Positions 53,101 to 64,000 of a stretch of 64,000 nt of DNA are shown here, in pieces. The notes below the pieces were generated by a model. The model saw nothing but the letters and a program-made list of their open reading frames with translations, was not told the origin of the DNA and searched no databases. Position numbers and translations under genes: made by a program. The stretch comes from Raillietiella orientalis (Eukaryota), in contig JAYWIR010000019.1 in assembly GCA_036172245.1 (NCBI GenBank), positions 3,596,001 to 3,660,000 on the forward strand, in the 5' to 3' direction. Position 1 is the stretch's first letter. Each line of letters begins with the position of its first letter.

Positions 53101-53749
53101 CAATCCCTTCCAATGCTCAGTGGAATCAAAAAAAAGAAATAGCCGAAAGAGGAAGTGCGGCAGGGGCAAACAAAAACAAGGACGGAGCAGAGAATGGGAA
53201 TGGATAGTAAAAAAAAAAAAAAAAAATTGAGCAAAACTTAAAACCAAGTTGTCAGCAAGACATACCAGCAACACAACAACCGCAGGAATTCTGAAAACGT
53301 CACAGTGGTAGGACTTCAGCCTACGTCTTACCAAGAACCTCTTTTTAGCCTTCTCTCTGGGATAGGTCTCTGTCCCCTCCCCGTGTTTCGGGAACAGGGC
53401 AGCAGCGTCGCAGCCTCCGTTGGTATCGAAACCTCGATCCGATCGCACCTTCGTGGCTCGCGTCCACCACCTCTTCGGCTGTGGCCTCCGTCGCCGCGTT
53501 GCCATCGGACCACGTGGCTTTGCAGGTTCGAACCCTCGTCACCATCGCTGCGTCGTCTTTGCGACTTGCCGATTCGCCTTTCTTTGCTTTCTTCTTTGCG
53601 TGGGTTGCCACCATCCAACCCGCTTCGCCAGTTGTTCCCTCCTCCTTCGGAAGGATTTGCAGATTCCACGGTTGGCTGGGGCTCTCGCAATTGTCCGCTG
53701 CTGTTTCTTGTTTATGATCTCCCGCACCTTCTTGCTCATGCTTTCTACG

Positions 53750-55170
53750 AAACGCTGTCGTTCTTCTCTGCAATTTCGCGCCCGAGATCTTCTTGGGAAG
53801 GCGCTTTCCATGTGGTCCATCGGCCCATGGCGGTGGCAACTTGTTCCGGCGCACCTCTTCAGACGTCCCGCTTTGCTGTGCGCACTTGGCTTTCCGAGAA
53901 ACTACAGGTCGGCGCATTCTCCGCCGACCTTCTTTATTCCTAAGGGGAAGCTCTTCTCTTCCAGCCACGGTGGTGCGTGCTGCTCGGATCCAGGGAACGC
54001 GTTTGTTTTGCTCAGTACGTGCGCGCCTTTGCGACTTCCAAGAACTGGAGGAGGATCTCCTTCTCGTCCATCCGCAGCCTCAATCCGATCGAGTGGACCA
54101 CAACCGGATGGTCCGCCGTTACGGAGTAGAGCCTTCTGCCCGCGATGGTCTCAGAAGCCCTTGAGCGAGACCTGCTTGCTCGCAAATTACCTCTACGAAT
54201 TCCCCCTTACGAACCGCAAAGAGGACTTCCAGCTCTTCATTGTCAACGTCGAAGTCATGAAGTCCCTCCGCGAGGGAGAGCACAACTGAAGCCAGTCCTA
54301 GACGGCCTACTTTAAAATGGTCGGCCTGTATCCCCGGGCCAAATAGGCCCTTGATTCTGCCTGGGCTGCAGTTGGCGACGTAGAAACCACCTGGCTCCAG
54401 GACTTTCCGTCCCAGGACTTGACTGATTCCTTGGAGGCTGCTGCCATTGGGAGGAGTGGTGCCATTCTTTTCCACCATCTGCTGCCTCGTTAGCGCGCTT
54501 TGTGGCATTTCTGCCATCACGTCGCATCCCCCTCTCACGAAAACTCAAATTCCAGCCATTTATGTGGGATTGCAGGACTCCGACAAAGCATGTCCGTCCC
54601 ATTCGTCGGGGATCGGACATGCGTGTCGATGGAACGATGTGCATGGTCGTCCCAACGGAGGTGTCGTGGCAGGAGTAGTCGTGGAGCGCTCCCCCTCAGG
54701 TGTGGCAACACGAGTGGCGCTCCTCTTGCACTGGGGTCTTTGTTGCGACGAGCGCCTTCTGCACCACGTGACTAAGGGGAGAGTCCCTCTGTTGTGTGGC
54801 AGGCGCGGGGAGATCGAATCCCTCCCCCACCCGCTGGTGGACTGCAGTGTCCTCCGTCGGTTGTGGCAGATGGCGGCCGGCTTCAGCTCTTTTGCATCCC
54901 GAGGGTTCGCCGGCCGAATCTCCGCTCCATTTCTTCTCGCGGGAGGGTCTCTCTCGCTTGCCGAGGAGATTGAGGAGCTGCGTTGTAGCCGCGGCAGCAG
55001 CGGAGGAGCCACTTGCATCGCCGCCTCCCTGATGAAGTTTGGCACCATCTGGAGATAGAAGACAGCGAGGAGATCACCAACAGAGCACCGAAGCTCTAGG
55101 GGAGAGGCAGAGATCCCGGTGTCCCCGCTCCCACCCTCCCGTTGTTGATCTGTTCATCCCCCTACTTCCT
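53750..55170 (+). mobile_element. Tx1/L1-like ORF2 3' fragment F, same family as the 21-25 kb array
   Basis: VALLLHWGLCCDERLLHH...LCGRRGEIESLPHPLVDCSVLRRLW. The 5' boundary is uncertain. Confidence 0.7.
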
Positions 55171-57253
55171 TAATGCTGCAAACAATTTCTGCTTCGCCCT
55201 GCGAGTCGGAGAGTCTCCTCCAGTTGAACTTCTTTTTGTTTCTTTCCTTTCTGAATCACAAGGAACTGCGCTCCTTGTTTTTGTGTAGTTTTATTCTTCC
55301 ATAAAAAGAAATGTCCCGGAGCAACCGGGTGAAGAGTGTGCGTGCGCTGACAGCGCCCAAACCCTGGAATACGTGCAGAAGTAAGCGGTTGTTCTTTGTG
55401 AAAGTGCAACACAGTTTCCGTCCCTTCGCAGCCAGAGTCATCAGAGCCTTCCGTGAAATGAAGCGACTACTCCGGGCTTCGAGAGTTCACTTTCGCGCCC
55501 AGCAGCTTCCCTCTATGAAATTTGGCACCTCAGGACCAGAAGAACCCGTGGCGATGACGGGGACGCTTCAGGTTAACCATGCGAGAGAAGATCGAGACAG
55601 AAGCTTGGAGCCGTGAGACAGAGCGCGGGACATCCAGTACTTTCACACCTACGACCTAATGTACGAGAATGTATCCCAATCCAAAAGTCTAATGAAGATT
55701 GGGAGTTCTGAGAGGCTTTCCTTCCGCATGTACATATGAAACCGAAATACAGAGATGCATAATGATTGGTTGTCAAAGCATTGTATCATCTCCGAATTCC
55801 CATTCCGTCAGTTTGTTATTACGACCCAAAAACGTCCATCGTGTAGGCAATGATTATTGGATTCAGACATATTTTTTATAGTTTTATAATTCTTACTCAC
55901 GAGTACTTTTTAGTTTCCATAAACAAAAATTGAAAAATCCTCGTGAGTGTTTCGAATGAGTAACAAAAACAAATAATCAGCAAATGTGCTTCCACTGTAG
56001 ACCCCCTTCTCCTCTTTGACACTAAGTTAGTGGTTTGAAAAAAAAAAAAAAAAAAAACCTCTTAGATCACGAATGAGTCTGTTATGTACATCACGTACAT
56101 GAAATACAAATTATAAGACTATTCTAAATGAAGAGCCTTATTTTCGCAAAGGTCAATTTTCTTCGTCACTGAATTGACCTTCGTTCAGCCTTTGGGCGCG
56201 CTTTTTTCAATGCCGAAGAAAAGGATTCTCGGGAATGCAGGTTCCTCCATGTTTTTGCATATTGATCATCAGTATGTTTCTTTTAGCTTCTTCAGGATTT
56301 ATGCAGTCTAGCTTTTGAAAAATGTGGCAGTTTTGTCTTGTGCAGAGGTAGTGAATTCATGCATTGTGTCCTCGATGAGGCCCTTGTTTCACTACTCATT
56401 AAACGCATTGGTGAATCTTCAGATATGGAATGATGCAAAGAGGCAATTTCGTTCCTGAAAGCAATGAACCGGGTTTGTAACGGCAAGACTTCACAAAGGA
56501 AGTTCATATACTTTTGGTATATTTTGCTATGCTGTAGGTTTAGAAAACGAGGTGAACAGGGGGAAAAATAAATAACCCAGTTTGTGTAAAAGGTAAAAAA
56601 AAACACACAAATAAAAATTGAAAATTGGAGTCCAGAGTTGGAATTTAGGTTTCGTCCCTGCGGTCTCATGCTCCATTCATAGGACGTGAGCAATCGCCTG
56701 TCAAAACCAACGCAGAAAATTAAACTTATTAAGAAAAGACTGTACTTTATTGCAAGGGGTACCCTCCTCCCCCAAAAGATCAGAATAAACAAAGTCGAAA
56801 AACCCTATTATGTCTCCAAAAAGAAAAAAGAAAGAAAGAAAAATGCATATGCATTCTAACAAAAGGCAACGAACTAGTCTGGGGATTTACACAATAAATC
56901 AAGGATTAATTTTTTTTTAAACAAAAAAAAAAACACCTATGCAATCCCTGATATTTCCTCCCCTTAATGCCTCAACTAATATCTGAATAATTTCCATTTT
57001 TCATCACTGATTCATTCTTATACCCTTATATGTCTTGCTTGCACATCAAATATGGAGAAACTTAAATACGCTACGCCCAAGCAAACAGTATAACCCGTAA
57101 AGCTACACACTCTTTTCTGATCCTCTATTTGAGGGAACTGCCCGTTGCTAATCAAAATATCTTAAGTAGCAAGATGACATTTCAATTCACATAAGTTTTT
57201 AGCATGATACTGTTGACATTCCGTGGCAGAATGCGCAACACTCTGTGTACACA

Positions 57254-58277
57254 TTTAACACTATTCCACGCCGCCCGGTGATACGTGTCAACTCTTGAAG
57301 TTAGTGTGCAGCCCCGGGAGGGGACCACTCAATGAATTTAAGAAGGCTTCGGAAGAAGTAGTCGGTTCCTTTAACTCTGGGGAGGGAAACTGCGAAGGGA
57401 ACCTCTTCCTCATTCTCTCCAGAGGGACCCCGGAGAGAGCTGCTCCGTTGTTTCTTCTCTGGAGGGAGTGCTATATCCTTCGCAAATTGAGCTCGCTTTT
57501 CTTCATTTCTTTCTTTAATATCCGTAGGTCTTTTTTACTTGTAAATCCAATATTTTTTAAGCGCGCAGTGAATCGTTTGTCGATTGATATTGCCCCAGAG
57601 TTTAGCCATCTCTGAGTTTAGCCAGAGTTTAGCAGGAAAGGATCCGCTCCAGGAATTTCTCCTCAAGGGAACCGCTCCTTGTTCCCTCCTCCTCTGAAGG
57701 CATCCCCGAAGAAAGCAATGCGCTTCTTATACTCTGAAGAGTCAGTCTCCTGAGGAGTGCATCAACCAACTCCATGTTACGGTTCCATTTTTACAACCGG
57801 AGGGGACCTCGAAGATCTCGTTGATTCCTGGAAGGAATCCTGAAGGTCAACTTCCAATCCTGGCCAGTCTGCAGAGGAATCCGGTTTCTGGATTCAACCA
57901 GTGCCTCACCCGTAACCTGTAGACCAGCCAGCATCATCCTGTGGGGGGGACTCGAAACTCACAACGCGCCCTTTATTTTCATCCAGTGACTCCAAGGCAT
58001 TTATTGTAAAAAATTTTCACAAAGAAACAGTCATGTAAAAAATGCCTTTCTTAGTAGTGGCTTCACGTCTCCACTACGAATGGAAAAGCCTCGGAGGCGC
58101 TGCTTCTCGTGAGCAGCTCCCCCGATGGAGTCCGCACAAAAGAAGTGAGGGAAGGGGTAAACAAAAACAACAAAAAAAAGACACACACAAAAGTTCTGTT
58201 TATAAACACGCCGATCCTTTACTGCGACTCGAACCCTGAATGCATCGTACCATTCGCGGAGACCGTAACCAAACGGC
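57254..58277 (-). mobile_element. tRNA-derived SINE, copy 4 (older, split by two insertions)
   Basis: The 3' end (tttaacactattccacgcc) and body (to ~57970) match copies 1 and 2. The head GCCGTTTGGTTACGGTCTCCGC...GGGTTCGAGTC lies at ~58215-58277. Unrelated sequence sits at ~57470-57630 and ~57975-58210. Confidence 0.65.
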
Positions 58278-58599
58278 ATGCATTTATTTTAATCTGTGGT
58301 TTCATGCTTTCTGAAATAATGTCGAATGTGATATTCTAAGGATATTCCAAGAATTAAGGATTGCTTATCTTTAGAGCAGTTTGTCCTCTGATTTGCTAGC
58401 ATTTGGAGGCGACCCTTGTGATTTGGCAACAGGAACAAATACCCGTTAGAAGGAAATGATCATTTGTTACGTATCATGGAAAGAAAGGAGGAAAAAAATA
58501 TACCATTCCCACATTCATCTGGAAAGCTGTGGGGAAGCAAGTAGTTCATTAAGTTGGAATTGAAAAACGAATGTAGGTCTTTCAATGGACAGTCTTCAA

Positions 58600-59300
58600 T
58601 TAACTTCTAAAACTTTTATTCTTGTGAATTGTTTAGGAGTTTAAACATTCAGAAGACTGGAAAAGACTTGTATGGGTCTAGTTTTGAAGCTTTGAGTACA
58701 GGTGGAAAGGAGATTATAAGTTGACAAGTTGGTAGTTCTACACTGGAAAAGTCAGGAGCATCAAACGATGATTCAAACTGTCATTTTTTAGTTTATGGTA
58801 TTGCAACTCATTGACTTATATAACTGTCTCCATTTGCAGTTCCTCTTCTATTAAGCAGCTTAGTAAAGAATTCGATAGGTTTTGAAAATCCCAGAATTTG
58901 AACTTCAGTATTTTCCGTCCTCGACTAGGATATCACCCTTGCGCAAAGTACTTTCTTACGATTACGTGATTACGATACAGGTCATCCTGAAGATGCTAAC
59001 TAATCTCTGTTAACTATTAAGTTGTGTTCCAGCAAACACGACTTTAGTCTAATCCATAAGTCTACATGTTGTGATGTTCAAATGCAAATGTAAGATTCAC
59101 TCAAAGAATCGACACAAGTAATTGCTGAAACTGACGGATGGGAAAGGAAAACCAATAATCAAAGAATTTCGGTGTAATATACATGAAACATGTAGTGCTC
59201 GTAACTGACGAATCTTTGGCATAGTCATCCTATGTAAATGAGTTTGGCAAAGATCCCTGTTGAAATTGTGAGCGGTATTCGTAGTTTGTTTGAGGAAGAA
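58600..59300 (+). mobile_element. Possible RTE-clade APE fragment
   Basis: EYRWKGDYKLTSW*FYTG resembles the RTE ExRWxG...FYxG motif. Confidence 0.35.
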
Positions 59301-60639
59301 ATCACGAAGAGTACTAATTGTGGTCTTGTGTAGCAAGCAGCTTAGATTTGATACATGTAACAAGCTGATGGAATGGAAGAGGATTGTCTAACTCTCATGC
59401 AGAAATAGACGAAAAATGGAAACAGTCACACCTTAAGTGTTCATTGAAGAGAAGGTTCCAGGAGAGGAACCTACACAAAAGATTCCATGCAAGCACTTGC
59501 AGAAACTCTTAAATTAATGCAATTGTGTCTGGATGTTACTGACAAGCATGATTGTGATGAGGAAAGTGGAATACAAGAGTATGAGTGATGTAGTGGCTTG
59601 CTCAGAACGCGAAAATTTTCAAGTCCAAAATTAGCTTCCAGCTAAAGCATTATATAAAGACGGCAGAGAAAAGGGAAGAAGCATCCCGAATGCAAGATGC
59701 CCAGCTTCCAAGGCGGAATCAGTCTCGTACATGCACTGTACACGTACATGCATCCGCGCCTCGAATTTTCTGCTACTATCATAAGAGTATTCTACTCGAA
59801 AATATTTCGACAGACTTGTCGGACCCGGGGTGCAATCCTCTTTCCTCTTGCGTCCATAAGAATTTATTTTTCCATATATGTGATAACTATTTCCCCGTAA
59901 TTTTCAGAACATCTTACTTGTTTAAATTGGAGGGTCTCTATATTTGTAATTATTACTTATGATTTTCAGGTATGAATTCCTCGTAAAAACAAGCTTCTCT
60001 TGGGACATACATTTTGAACATTTTGCCCTCCTGTTTATGATGACGTATCGTAGGATCAAATTCTGGCAAGGGTCTGCATGTATTTCCTTCTCTATCATTC
60101 CCCTTCCAGCGAGAAGTGCTGAATAAATCTGGACTGCATTTTGGAAATTCATCGTTTCTTTTTAAATAGCACAAGATTCACGTTGGTTTCAGGCGGGGAG
60201 CCCCTTTGCCGAATCAGTAGATTTTTCATTTCATTTGGTCATTAAATATGCAGTCATGTAGTATAGAGAAAGCAGTCTTTAGATTCGTATGCAAGTTAAA
60301 AATTTTAAAATCCATGTATGCAAGTGTGTGTCCAGTAAACGAATAAATCAATCAGAATTAATTACAGAATCCTGATATCGAAAGATTTTGAGAACTGTTA
60401 ACTGGAAAGATCGTGTCAAAGCTGATTCTACCCATAAGCATGTGTTAGATGGTGTTGAAGAGAATTTAAATGGTCTCACAAAAAAAATCATCATAATTTA
60501 ATTGCATTCATTACTTGTGGTGTGGTTTAAGAAATTAAGTATGCTGGACTCTCAATATTAATTCAGATTGTTATATGGGATCAGTTCAATCGAGTGATCG
60601 AAAACAAAACGAAACCCAAGATTTGTTTTCCATGAAAAA

Positions 60640-60838
60640 GTAAGTATGTGCTTGTATTAATTATGGTGCTTTATTTGTAATGAATTGGAAAATGGTTAAG
60701 TAACTTGAAAGCGTTCTTAAGAATGAAAATTTTAAAATTAGTGAACACAGTTTATAGTTCCAAATGCACCTTTCAAGAAAACTTTGCTTTTCAGATAAAG
60801 TATGGAAAAAACTTAATACTTTTCATTTATTCCGACAG
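60640..60838 (+). other. Possible 5' UTR intron of SRP54
   Basis: Consensus donor GTAAGT at 60640 and a pyrimidine-rich acceptor ...ttttcatttattccgacAG at 60838, upstream of the ATG. No transcript evidence. Confidence 0.35.
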
Positions 60839-60892
60839 ATTTTTGACTTCTTCTCTCACTAACCTCATTTCTTCCCAAATATGCAAGCATAA

Positions 60893-63235
<2,343 letters not shown>

Positions 63236-63264
63236 CTAAGAAAATAGATGTTTATTATTAATTA

Positions 63265-63270
63265 AATAAA
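63265..63270 (+). promoter_or_regulatory. Polyadenylation signal of SRP54
   Basis: AATAAA 30 nt after the stop codon, followed by a T/GT-rich stretch. Confidence 0.6.
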
Positions 63271-63678
63271 AATTATTTATTGTTTGTATCTGGAATTACA
63301 ATCTCAAATTTAAAATTGGTTCATAATCGTAAATTTCGTACCATCCAGTTCCGATGCTTTATCATCAGGAAATCTACATGAAAATCCTGGGAAGCCCTAC
63401 TTAAACAGCAGAGAATACCTCAGTCCTGTGAACTTGGCAGCATATATTTAAATTGTTTATCTATGTTGCCCGAATCTTTGTGGAAAAAGATAGTTGACTT
63501 GCGTCCGGAAAAGAGGGACGGGAAGCGGTAAGGTTGGCTGACGAGGGGAATGTATGAGGAGCTCAGTCGTGACAGAAGCATAAAGTAGCGCAAGAGGAAG
63601 AAAGTGATGAAGATCTGTATCGATTCATGTCGTTTCACGGTAAACCATGTTAAAAATTAAATTCTGCAACAAAAACAC

Positions 63679-63742
63679 CACTTCCGTTTCCGAATGCTTT
63701 GTTTTAAAAAGCATAAAAATTCCAGGTATCCCATCACTTCCG
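63679..63742. promoter_or_regulatory. Two CACTTCCG (ETS-like) motifs, possibly the promoter of a gene beyond the window
   Basis: Motifs at 63679-63686 and 63735-63742 precede a GC/CpG-rich stretch at the window end. Confidence 0.2.
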
Positions 63743-64000
63743 TGATTGCTCCTATCAAACAAAAGTTCGCTCTTTTAGAAAGAACGCGACGCAAGTTTGG
63801 TTCCACTTGATAGTCGGTTTCGGTACATTCCAGCAAGTGACTTGACTTTGTAATACATTTGCAGGGTTACGATGTGACCTCTACAGTTAGCGCGACCTCG
63901 CGCAAACTGGTCCGCCTCTCTGCGCCCTGCGGAAGCAATGCCGGTGTTACGACCCGGGTACGCCGGGTCGAGCAATGCCGGTGCGTGCGGAGTAGAAGGA

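Noticed and set aside
53305..54289. Overlapping 200-290 aa ORFs as host genes
   Set aside because: The sequence is GC-rich, open on both strands and partly explained by retroelement fragment F; no recognisable host protein.

Overview
This is eukaryotic, metazoan DNA; the SRP54 sequence looks arthropod-like, which is an inference. There is one confident host gene, a 10-exon SRP54 (60902-63235, +), most of whose introns are only 42-68 nt. A second, lower-confidence multi-exon gene for an unknown coiled-coil protein lies at about 46670-47973 (+). Most of the rest (about 0.5-45 kb and 50-59 kb) is a dense patchwork of decayed non-LTR retrotransposon fragments on both strands: L1/Tx1-like APE-RT-ZnF pieces, two RLE-type NeSL/Utopia-like elements, and RTE- and CR1-like pieces. 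I recognised these by eye from frameshifted motifs, so their boundaries are approximate. Four things stand out. (1) A ~0.7-0.8 kb tRNA-headed SINE family, present in 4 copies, whose body is an array of UUCG-type hairpins. (2) An abutting array of five diverged Tx1-like 3' ends in strictly alternating orientation (20.85-25.5 kb). (3) Several perfect 12-17 bp palindromes, some sitting on rearrangement junctions. (4) An ~870 bp AT-rich foldback/MITE with ~200 bp TIRs. I found no supportable rRNA, intact tRNA or CRISPR array.
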